In this document: in pieces, positions 19,763-28,548 of the stretch | Layout: every line of letters starts with the position of its first letter | How positions within the stretch are numbered: the first letter of the stretch is position 1 | DNA from: Phaeosaccion multiseriatum | Lineage: Eukaryota > Protista > Ochrophyta, other classes | Length of the DNA stretch: 64,000 nt | Assembly (NCBI GenBank): GCA_965112735.1 | Contig: OZ218959.1 | Span: forward strand, 1,674,001-1,738,000 | Direction of reading: 5' to 3' | Translations under genes and position numbers: made by a program | The notes under the pieces: generated by a model | Database searches by the model: none | The model's input: the letters and a program-made list of their open reading frames with translations, nothing else | What the model was told of the DNA's origin: nothing

Positions 19763-20582
19763 TTACGCAGCAGCACCGCCGACTGCCGGTGTCTCCTTAG
19801 GCTGGCTCTCGTCGCTTCCGTGCTTGAGAGAGTAGTAGATGGCGGCAGCGATGACGGGAGGGAGGAAGAGGATGCACGTGATGTTGAGGCCAAAGCCATC
19901 GTCGTTTTCGACCGAACCACTACCGAAGTCGTCAATGGCTTTCTCCCTGACAACAATGGGGGTAATGAAGAGGAAGAGCCAGCTGAGAGCGCCGATCGCA
20001 CCACCTTCAAAGCAGAGAGGGAAGGAGGGTAGGAGGGGGGGAAGAGGCAAAAGCTGGAGGTGAGAGGCGAACAAACAAAAGCTTGTGGGGGGACTTTGCG
20101 CACCACGATGCCTCACCTATCAAGCCGAGTATCTTGGTTTGGACAAAGCCGGCAGCGATGAAACAGAAAGAGGCGATCAAGGCGAAGCAAATGGAGGTTC
20201 CCAGAAGGCCCTGTCCAGCACAATATTCTGAATCGTCCTTATTGTCCCCACTGCATTCTAGGTCGTCCAGGGCGACGCCACGACTGACGGTTCGCGAAAA
20301 GAACCCTGACTGGATAGTCGCCTTGATGGTGAGGTAGTCGGCCGCAATTGCTCCAATCATCAGAAACGTGATGAAAAGAGTAGCCAAGCCAATGAGGAAG
20401 AGGGGCATGGAGGTAAAGGGCAGCGCCTTTCTCCGCTCGGTGTTGGATGACTCGACCTCCATCGTCTTGACTTGGACTGGGCTTTCGGCAACTGGCTCGG
20501 GCCTCCTTGAACTTTGAAGTTGACCCCAGTCTGCTGTTGTATAGGAGATAGGGCAGTGGGTGGGCGTCACATTAACAACCAT
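19763..20582 (-). CDS. 4-TM claudin/PMP22/amastin-like membrane protein, paralog A (start uncertain; intron 20116-20005)
   Basis: Four hydrophobic helices, two Cys in loop 1 (ECSGDNKDDSEYC) and GFGL before TM4. Near-identical to the gene at 28549-29461, including the intron. Confidence 0.75.
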
Positions 20583-21149
20583 GGATGAGAGAGAGAGCCT
20601 CTCCCAGCAGGCAGGCAGCCAGGAAGGGAGAGAGAGGAGGGAGGGAGAATCACATTTCCACTGGAGTCCAGCACACAATTATGAGAGGCCACCCAGAGAA
20701 AATTACATTCCACACACACGCCCCAGACCAGCCATGGGAGAGACGGGAGAGAAAACATTTCTTGAGGGCTGGGGTCCACACAAACCAGCAAAAAAGGCCA
20801 GAGCGAGAGGGGAGATTTTGGGAGATACGGGCGGCTAAGCAAGCGCTGCAAACGCCAGCACAGCAGAATTTTAGAGGAGAGTTGCCACCATAACGGCCAG
20901 CCGCTGCTAACGTGCCCCCGTACCCAAAGACAGCCTCACCGAGTGTAACAAGATAAAAGCAGGATTGGGGGGAAAAAAGGGTTTGGGGATGAAGAAGAAG
21001 GGATAGTGATGGTGGAGGACAGGACAAATCGCGAATAGCCGTGATCGTGATCGTATTAGGGTATTTTTGTAAAAAAATAACCGTGCCAAAAACAATTTCA
21101 ATCCGCTGCGTCCTGACACCTCATATTTTTTTCCTCCTTTTTCCAGGAG

Positions 21150-21341
21150 TCGACCCTGGACAAGATTACGGTGTGCGCCGGCCGTACTCAGTAATCAGCC
21201 CCCGGCTGGCGCATAATCAGTACTCAGGCCGGCTGGTCACCAGCTGTAAGCAACAAAGGCCGGCTGGCGCCGGTCATAATCAGTAACCAGGCCGACTGCG
21301 CCCGTAGCTAATCAGTATCAGATAATCTTGTCCAGGGTCGA
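21150..21341. mobile_element. MITE copy 1 (TIR TCGACCCTGGACAAGATTA) with internal ~30-bp repeats
   Basis: Perfect 23-bp inverted repeat 21146-21168/21323-21345. Internal TAATCAGTA-x-CAGGCCGGCTGG units are the reverse complement of those at 27360-27610. Confidence 0.75.
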
Positions 21342-21845
21342 CTCCCTCCCTCCCTCCCTCCCTCCCTCCCTCCCTCCCTCCCTCCCTCCCTCCCTCCCTC
21401 CCTCCCTCCCTCCCTCCCTCCCTCCCTCCCTCCCTCCCTCCCTCCCTCCCTCCCTCCCTCCCTCCCTCCCTCCCTCCCTCCCTCCCTCCCTCCCTCCCTC
21501 CCTCCCTCCCTCCCTCCCTCCCTCCCTCCCTCCCTCCCTCCCTCCCTCCCTCCCTCCCTCCCTCCCTCCCTCCCTCCCTCCCTCCCTCCCTCCCTCCCTC
21601 CCTCCCTCCCTCCCTCCCTCCCTCCCTCCCTCCCTCCCTCCCTCCCTCCCTCCCTCCCTCCCTCCCTCCCTCCCTCCCTCCCTCCCTCCCTCCCTCCCTC
21701 CCTCCCTCCCTCCCTCCCTCCCTCCCTCCGTCCCTCCCTCTCTCCCTCCCTCCCTCCCTCCCTCCCTCCCTCCCTCCCTCCCTCCCTCCCTCTCTCCCTC
21801 CCTCCCTCCCTCCCTCCCTCGCTCCCTCCCTCTCTCCCTCCCTCC
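21342..21845 (+). repeat. (CCCT)n microsatellite, ~500 bp
   Basis: Directly visible; slightly degenerate at the right end. Confidence 0.98.
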
Positions 21846-22337
21846 TGTAAAGAGTCACGTTGCTCTCCACCTAGGATAGGAGTAGCCGCATGGACAAGGT
21901 AATAGCAACCCCAAAGCCAGCCTGGCAGCCAGCCTTGTCTCTATTAGCTTTATCCGTGAGCCATCCTAAACGACCAACCTGCTGGGAGGTGAGTGAGAAA
22001 CGGGCCACGCACCGTTTCTCACCGTATTTGCCTGGGCCTGGGCCATTGACATAATACTGACTTTCAACATCCCCGTCAGCCATCCCTGGGGCACCGTTTC
22101 TCACCGTATTTGCCTGGGCCTGGGCCATTGACATAATACTGACTTTCAACATCCCCGTCAGCCATCCCTGCACTTCTAACATCCCCCTGAACTAAACTAT
22201 TGCGTGTCCCCACGCAACTCAAAGCGGGTTCGCCTACTAAAGCTCGACTTGTAGCAAAAGCCTCCATGTTGCTTCCAATAAAAACGGATGAGAAATATGC
22301 AAAACTCACCCAGGTGTGTGCGACCGCTCCTCCAACA
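21846..22337 (-). repeat. Inverted, diverged full LTR copy with an internal 80-bp tandem duplication (22009-22088/22091-22170)
   Basis: Reverse complement aligns along 24447-24842 (TGTTGGAG...TCTTTACA vs TGTGGAG...TTCCACA), roughly 80% identical by eye. Confidence 0.85.
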
Positions 22338-22340
22338 CAC

Positions 22341-22481
22341 ATCCTCCTGTAGGTGGTCGTTTAGGACAGTGCATAGATAAGCTAATAGATACAAGGCCGG
22401 CTGTCAGGCTAGCTTTGGGGTGCTGCTACCTTATCTGTGTGTCTAGTCCGTTTCGTGGAGGTCTAAGCACGACTTTCCACA
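22341..22481 (+). repeat. Truncated 5' LTR (end of U3, R, U5)
   Basis: 100% identical to 24702-24842; ends in TCCACA. Confidence 0.9.
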
Positions 22482-22492
22482 ACCCCAAAGCT
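22482..22492 (+). promoter_or_regulatory. Self-priming primer-binding site (Tf1/sushi type)
   Basis: ACCCCAAAGCT abuts the LTR end and is the exact reverse complement of AGCTTTGGGGT at 22411-22421 within the LTR. It does not start with TGG, so it is not a standard tRNA PBS. Confidence 0.75.
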
Positions 22493-22739
22493 CGAAGACA
22501 GTTTGGCACTTGACCAATAGGCTCAGCAGAGGGAGGCTTTGAGTTCATCGTGCGCTAGACTAGCACGTGGACGTTTTTGGTTAGTGTCCAAGGCACGGAC
22601 ACGCCACAGCTTGCTCCGTCAGGGGCGTTTAGCTTAATTAGCTTTGCTTGGCTTGGCTTTGCTTGGGAACCGGTGGGAGAATTTATTTGTGGGAGAATTT
22701 ATTGGTTGGCTTTGAAAGAGTGGCACAGCAGCGCTACCG

Positions 22740-23130
22740 TGGATCGGCAGCAAGAGGTAGCTAGGGATATTGCAAGGAGCAGCTGCAGGGGCAGCAGCAG
22801 GAGGCACGGAAGGATTGGCGAGCAGCTGCAGGGGCAGCAGCAAAGGATTGGATACAGCAGCTGCAGGGGCAGCAGCAGGAGGCACGGGTATCCGCTATAC
22901 TTAATCAGAGGGGACCGCTGATTTAGAGGTTAGCGGCAGGAGATACAGCAGGCTTGGCTGGAGAGGCAGGGGGCGCAGCAGCAGGTGTTGGATACCGCAG
23001 CAGCTGCAGAGGCAGCAGCAGCAGCAGCAGGCACGGATATCAGGCATAATTAGGCACGCTCGGAGGGAGCAGCTGCAGGGGCGCAGCAAGAGGGAAGATG
23101 CCGGCATAGCGCGGCGATCGGCTGGCACAG
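22740..23130 (+). repeat. Degenerate repeats in the element leader (GCAGCTGCAGGGGCAGCAGCAGGAGGCACGG)
   Basis: About 6 partial or complete copies visible upstream of the ORF. Confidence 0.7.
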
Positions 23131-23163
23131 AGTAAGCGTACTGGCTGGTCCCAGGAGGAACCG

Positions 23164-24363
23164 ATGGGGGATCACGACATGGTCAATCGGTTGATGGAGG
23201 AGCTGCATGGAATCAGGATGGACCTTGCAGCACTTCCGGTGCTACTGGGCCAGCTATTGGGTCGGGATCCAAGGCAGCAGTCGGAGGTGCAGGTAGCTGC
23301 TGCACAGGTGGGGTCGGGCAGCAAGCAGAAACGATCTAAGGTCGACTGTGGGGCAGGGCAAGTCTTTTCGTGCTTTCACTGCAAGAAGGAGCACTGTCTC
23401 TCTCGCTGCCCTACCGAACCGACCACCGGAGCCATGGTGAGGAAGATGGTGGATGCAGGGAAGCGGTACGGCTTGGGTACAGCTTCCCAGGTGGTGGTGA
23501 CGCTTGTGCAGCGCACTGAGCAATACAAGCGCGTCCTTGCTCAGCTGGTGAAGGCCGTGACGACGACAGGGCAGGCAGCACAGCGCAGAGCCTCGAAGGA
23601 GTTGCAGACGCTAGAGCTGACGGTGGCGGCCGCGGCGCAGTCTCGGCTTCGGGTGGCGCAAGCGCAGGCTCAGGAGGAGCAGGTAGAGCAGGCTGGCGTC
23701 ACGCTTGCAGAGGGGTCAGTGTCTGCTGCGGTCCTCGAGCGGGAGCGGCAGGAGCGCGAGTCTGTTTGGCTGGAGGAGGAACAGTTGGAGCGGGCGCGTG
23801 TGTGTGCGGCTCAGGAGCGGGTGGAGAGGCGCCGCGTCGGGGAGAAAGAGAGACGGCAGCAGGCGCAACCAGCTGCCTTGGCTGAGGAAGCTCAGCGCAA
23901 GCTGCAAGAGGTACACACGCAGGCTCAAGCGGAGAGCACGCGGGTACAGCAAGTGCGGGACTGGCAAGAGCGGGAGGACGCACTGCGGGCTGTGGCTCAG
24001 CCTGTAGTGCGGGTGAATGGTGTTCTCAGTGGTCTTGGTTCCACTACCGAAGTTGGTGCGCGGCCAAAGAGGAGGGGGCGGCGGTCGAAGAAGCGCAAGG
24101 TAAGGCCCGACGGGGTCAGGGATCCGGCAAGGCAGCGCCGGTGGCAGCAGGAGATTGCAGCGGATCGTCCGGCCTGGTTGGACCGGCCTCCTCTCTCTCT
24201 GAAGGATCGGATGCAGCAAGTGGAAGCGGCGCAGGCGCGGCTGCAGAAGCTGATGGACGAGAAGGCGGCCCAGCTGCTGGCGACGGAGCAGGCCGCGCAT
24301 GGAGTGCCTCGTACGGTTGCAACGCTGGGACAGCAGGTGACGGTGGGGACGAGCCAGCGCTAG
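23164..24363 (+). CDS. Element-encoded 399-aa Gag-like protein: CCHC zinc knuckle, coiled coil, basic NLS-like patch
   Basis: Intronless ORF with CFHCKKEHCLSRC (C-x2-C-x3-H-x4-C), a long Q/E/R/A helical region and RPKRRGRRSKKRK. Confidence 0.7.
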   Translation: MGDHDMVNRLMEELHGIRMDLAALPVLLGQLLGRDPRQQSEVQVAAAQVGSGSKQKRSKVDCGAGQVFSCFHCKKEHCLSRCPTEPTTGAMVRKMVDAGKRYGLGTASQVVVTLVQRTEQYKRVLAQLVKAVTTTGQAAQRRASKELQTLELTVAAAAQSRLRVAQAQAQEEQVEQAGVTLAEGSVSAAVLERERQERESVWLEEEQLERARVCAAQERVERRRVGEKERRQQAQPAALAEEAQRKLQEVHTQAQAESTRVQQVRDWQEREDALRAVAQPVVRVNGVLSGLGSTTEVGARPKRRGRRSKKRKVRPDGVRDPARQRRWQQEIAADRPAWLDRPPLSLKDRMQQVEAAQARLQKLMDEKAAQLLATEQAAHGVPRTVATLGQQVTVGTSQR

Positions 24364-24446
24364 CGCAGCCGTGCGCAGCCACGGAGGGTGAGTTTGAGGC
24401 CTTGGGCTTTCTCACCCTGCCGTGGCAGGTGTGTGGCAGGGTGACC

Positions 24447-24842
24447 TGTGGAGTGCCACGTCACACACTGGTGGGTGAGTTTTGCATATTTCTCATCCGG
24501 TTTTTTTGGAAGCAGCATAAAGGGGTTTGCTACAGTCGAGCTTCAGTAGGTGAAAACGCTTGAGTTGCGTGGGGACACGCAACAGTCTTGTCAGGGGAGT
24601 GTTAGAAGTGCAGGGATGGCTGACGGGGATGTGGAAAGTCAGTCGTATGTCAGTGGCCCAGGCCTAGGCAACGCAGTGAGAAACGGTGCCCGTTTCTCAC
24701 TATCCTCCTGTAGGTGGTCGTTTAGGACAGTGCATAGATAAGCTAATAGATACAAGGCCGGCTGTCAGGCTAGCTTTGGGGTGCTGCTACCTTATCTGTG
24801 TGTCTAGTCCGTTTCGTGGAGGTCTAAGCACGACTTTCCACA
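24447..24842 (+). repeat. Full 3' LTR (396 bp, TGTGGA...TCCACA)
   Basis: 6-bp terminal inverted repeat. Internal hairpins TTGCGTG-GGGA-CACGCAA and AGTGAGAAACGG-TGC-CCGTTTCTCACT (24675-24701). Confidence 0.75.
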
Positions 24843-26862
24843 CTCCCTCCCTCCCTCCCTCCCTCCCTCCCTCCCTCCCTCCCTCCCTCCCTCCCTCCCT
24901 CCCTCCCTCCCTCCCTCCCTCCCTCCCTCCCTCCCTCCCTCCCTCCCTCCCTCCCTCCCTCCCTCCCTCCCTCCCTCCCTCCCTCCCTCCCTCCCTCCCT
25001 CCCTCCCTCCCTCCCTCCCTCCCTCCCTCCCTCCCTCCCTCCCTCCCTCCCTCCCTCCCTCCCTCCCTCCCTCCCTCCCTCCCTCCCTCCCTCCCTCCCT
25101 CCCTCCCTCCCTCCCTCCCTCCCTCCCTCCCTCCCTCCCTCCCTCCCTCCCTCCCTCCCTCCCTCCCTCCCTCCCTCCCTCCCTCCCTCCCTCCCTCCCT
25201 CCCTCCCTCCCTCCCTCCCTCCCTCCCTCCCTCCCTCCCTCCCTCCCTCCCTCCCTCCCTCCCTCCCTCCCTCCCTCCCTCCCTCCCTCCCTCCCTCCCT
25301 CCCTCCCTCCCTCCCTCCCTCCCTCCCTCCCTCCCTCCCTCCCTCCCTCCCTCCCTCCCTCCCTCCCTCCCTCCCTCCCTCCCTCCCTCCCTCCCTCCCT
25401 CCCTCCCTCCCTCCCTCCCTCCCTCCCTCCCTCCCTCCCTCCCTCCCTCCCTCCCTCCCTCCCTCCCTCCCTCCCTCCCTCCCTCCCTCCCTCCCTCCCT
25501 CCCTCCCTCCCTCCCTCCCTCCCTCCCTCCCTCCCTCCCTCCCTCCCTCCCTCCCTCCCTCCCTCCCTCCCTCCCTCCCTCCCTCCCTCCCTCCCTCCCT
25601 CCCTCCCTCCCTCCCTCCCTCCCTCCCTCCCTCCCTCCCTCCCTCCCTCCCTCCCTCCCTCCCTCCCTCCCTCCCTCCCTCCCTCCCTCCCTCCCTCCCT
25701 CCCTCCCTCCCTCCCTCCCTCCCTCCCTCCCTCCCTCCCTCCCTCCCTCCCTCCCTCCCTCCCTCCCTCCCTCCCTCCCTCCCTCCCTCCCTCCCTCCCT
25801 CCCTCCCTCCCTCCCTCCCTCCCTCCCTCCCTCCCTCCCTCCCTCCCTCCCTCCCTCCCTCCCTCCCTCCCTCCCTCCCTCCCTCCCTCCCTCCCTCCCT
25901 CCCTCCCTCCCTCCCTCCCTCCCTCCCTCCCTCCCTCCCTCCCTCCCTCCCTCCCTCCCTCCCTCCCTCCCTCCCTCCCTCCCTCCCTCCCTCCCTCCCT
26001 CCCTCCCTCCCTCCCTCCCTCCCTCCCTCCCTCCCTCCCTCCCTCCCTCCCTCCCTCCCTCCCTCCCTCCCTCCCTCCCTCCCTCCCTCCCTCCCTCCCT
26101 CCCTCCCTCCCTCCCTCCCTCCCTCCCTCCCTCCCTCCCTCCCTCCCTCCCTCCCTCCCTCCCTCCCTCCCTCCCTCCCTCCCTCCCTCCCTCCCTCCCT
26201 CCCTCCCTCCCTCCCTCCCTCCCTCCCTCCCTCCCTCCCTCCCTCCCTCCCTCCCTCCCTCCCTCCCTCCCTCCCTCCCTCCCTCCCTCCCTCCCTCCCT
26301 CCCTCCCTCCCTCCCTCCCTCCCTCCCTCCCTCCCTCCCTCCCTCCCTCCCTCCCTCCCTCCCTCCCTCCCTCCCTCCCTCCCTCCCTCCCTCCCTCCCT
26401 CCCTCCCTCCCTCCCTCCCTCCCTCCCTCCCTCCCTCCCTCCCTCCCTCCCTCCCTCCCTCCCTCCCTCCCTCCCTCCCTCCCTCCCTCCCTCCCTCCCT
26501 CCCTCCCTCCCTCCCTCCCTCCCTCCCTCCCTCCCTCCCTCCCTCCCTCCCTCCCTCCCTCCCTCCCTCCCTCCCTCCCTCCCTCCCTCCCTCCCTCCCT
26601 CCCTCCCTCCCTCCCTCCCTCCCTCCCTCCCTCCCTCCCTCCCTCCCTCCCTCCCTCCCTCCCTCCCTCCCTCCCTCCCTCCCTCCCTCCCTCCCTCCCT
26701 CCCTCCCTCCCTCCCTCCCTCCCTCCCTCCCTCCCTCCCTCCCTCCCTCCCTCCCTCCCTCCCTCCCTCCCTCCCTCCCTCCCTCCCTCCCTCCCTCCCT
26801 CCCTCCCTCCCTCCCTCCCTCCCTCCCTCCCTCCCTCCCTCCCTCCCTCCCTCCCTCCCTCC
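24843..26862 (+). repeat. Perfect (CCCT)n tract, ~2.0 kb
   Basis: No interruptions seen. Confidence 0.98.
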
Positions 26863-27075
26863 GAAAGTAAGAAGCCTGCGGCTGGCCTGCGGCCAGAAGC
26901 CTGCAGAAAGTAGCGAAAAGCCTGCCAAGTCCCCCATTTTTCTCCCAGCCTGAGAAGCCTGAAGCCTGACCACTGGCCTGCGGCCAGAAGCCTGCGCTGG
27001 CCTGCGGCCAGATGCCCGAAGCCTGGAGGGGGCTACGGCCCAGAAGCCTAAAGCCCGAGAAACCTCGCCTGGAGC
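26863..27075. repeat. Cluster of AGAAGCCTG and TGGCCTGCGGCCA repeats, probable subterminal fragment of a DNA transposon
   Basis: Repeated short motifs with palindromic TGGCC-TGC-GGCCA cores. Confidence 0.5.
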
Positions 27076-27077
27076 CG

Positions 27078-27800
27078 ACGGGGCTCTCTCTTCATCTTGG
27101 CGGAGCAGCTGGCTGTGCAGGCAGTGGAGCAGCAGCAAGCAGTCCATCGTCGCATGCTCCTCCAGCGAGTCGGAGTACGTGGCGGCAAGCAGCGCTACCA
27201 AGGAGATACTCAGCATGAGGTATACGCTGCGAGACTTCGACTGCGAGCGAGCAGCGCTTTGCCACCTGCCTTGCTTCCTTCTTCAGGACAACAAGGCGGC
27301 CATCAACCTGGCGGAGAACGAGCTCGCACCGAGGAGGACCAATCGGCCCTGGAAGAGGTTATCAGATTACTGATTACGGCCGGCGCAGCCGGCCTGATTA
27401 CTGATTACTGCCAGCCGGCCTGATTACTGATTATGGCGCCAGCCGGGCCTGATTACTGATTATGGCCGGCGCCAGCCGGGTCTGATTACTGATTATGACC
27501 GGCGCCAGCCGGCCTGGTTACTGATTATGACGGGCGCTAGCCGGCCTGATTACTGATTATTGGCGCCAGCCGGCCTGATTGTTACTGATTATGACCGGCG
27601 CACACTGTAACGCACCTCTTCCAGGCTCAGGGCCGAGACCAAGCAAGCACATCGATGTGCGGTACCATCACATCCGCCAGCAGATCAAGTTCGGCACCGT
27701 CGCCATGGAGTATGTGGAGACAGCTCACCAGCCAGCCAGGCGGCAGACATCCTAACGAAGAACCTGAACACTACTGGCTGCATTCGAGCGCCACCGTAAG
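27078..27800 (+). pseudogene. Ty1/Copia RNase H remnant, frameshifted and interrupted by a MITE
   Basis: WSSSKQSIVACSSSESEYVAAS..KE, QDNKAAINLAEN..RRT|KHIDVRYHHIRQ, ADILTKNL: canonical Copia RNase H motifs. Confidence 0.9.
27343..27636. mobile_element. MITE copy 2 with 6-bp target-site duplication GACCAA
   Basis: TIR TCGGCCCTGGAAGAGG / CCTCTTCCAGG(CTCAGG)GCCGA; GACCAA at 27337-27342 and 27637-27642; about 8 internal CTGATTACTGATTATG(R)CCGGCGCCAGCCGGC units. Confidence 0.85.
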
Positions 27801-27957
27801 ACGCTTATGGGACTGTGATTTGCGGTGTGATATGAATTGTGATTCGGTATGGTGTGAATTGTGATTCGCCTTTCCTTCTTCATCTTTTTCTTCTGACTGT
27901 TCACTATTGCTTGTTTGTGTGCGAGACTACAGCAGTCTCTGGTCTTTGTCGGCTCGC

Positions 27958-28269
27958 AAGGGAGTATATCAAGCGGAGAGAAAATCAAAAGAAGATTCGC
28001 TGACTTAGCTCAACCTACTCAGAGCATTCCGTACGATAGGGGTGCGATGGATATAAAGCCACTGAGCTCTGTCTGCCCTTCGACTTCAAGTAGTCATAGT
28101 GCGCACGTGGCGGACTCCCCACGTGCGCTAGTCTTTTCATAGCAGGAGATCTTTCCTCCGTAAGTAATTTACTCTGACTTTCACCAAGGCTCTTTTCTCG
28201 TCTCCCGGCTCTCCTTCTGTCTATGTCTACGCTTGCTAGCGCTTCCTTCTTTCTTTCCATCCTACAACA
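27958..28269 (+). mobile_element. Possible PPT and degenerate 3' LTR of the Copia remnant
   Basis: AAGGGAG purine run downstream of RNase H, TATA-like GATATAAAG near 28050, CAACA end at 28269. Confidence 0.35.
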
Positions 28270-28548
28270 GAGAAAAAGGGGCGGGGGTGTTTCCTATACT
28301 TCGATCACGGATTTCACCACTCTTTCCTCCTCCTCCATTTTATATTTTATACAGTTGTATCTCTCTCCCCCCCCCTGTCACCTTTGATCATTATATATCA
28401 GGTGAGTGCTGTTTTGGATAGGATGGCGGCGCCCAGCAGCGGCTAATCGTGCGCATCAATATTTTTTTTCCTATCCACTTTTTCACTCCCGAATACTGCT
28501 CCTCCTCCGCCCCCACTTGCAGACTATCCAGCGAGCGTCGAAGGAGCC

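Larger units (their letters stand above)
21846..24842 (+). mobile_element. Non-autonomous LTR-type retroelement (single zinc-knuckle ORF, no pol) with self-priming PBS, capped on the left by an inverted related LTR; termini TGT...ACA inside (CCCT)n
   Basis: Identical 141-bp direct repeats 22341-22481 and 24702-24842; PBS 22482-22492; ORF 23164-24363; inverted diverged LTR 21846-22337. Flanks CTCC|TGT and ACA|CTCC stay in microsatellite register. Confidence 0.8.

Noticed and set aside
21846-24842. Classification as DIRS or Penelope
   Set aside because: No tyrosine recombinase, RT or GIY-YIG sequence and no hammerhead core; TG...CA ends and a PBS abutting the repeat fit an LTR origin better.
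24686-27216. 755-aa (PPSL)n and 809-aa (GGRE)n ORFs, and similar ORFs at 21280-21879
   Set aside because: Translations of the stop-free (CCCT)n microsatellite.
27360-27610. CRISPR-like appearance of regularly spaced palindromic repeats
   Set aside because: No unique spacers, no cas genes, eukaryotic context; the array lies inside a TIR/TSD-bounded MITE.
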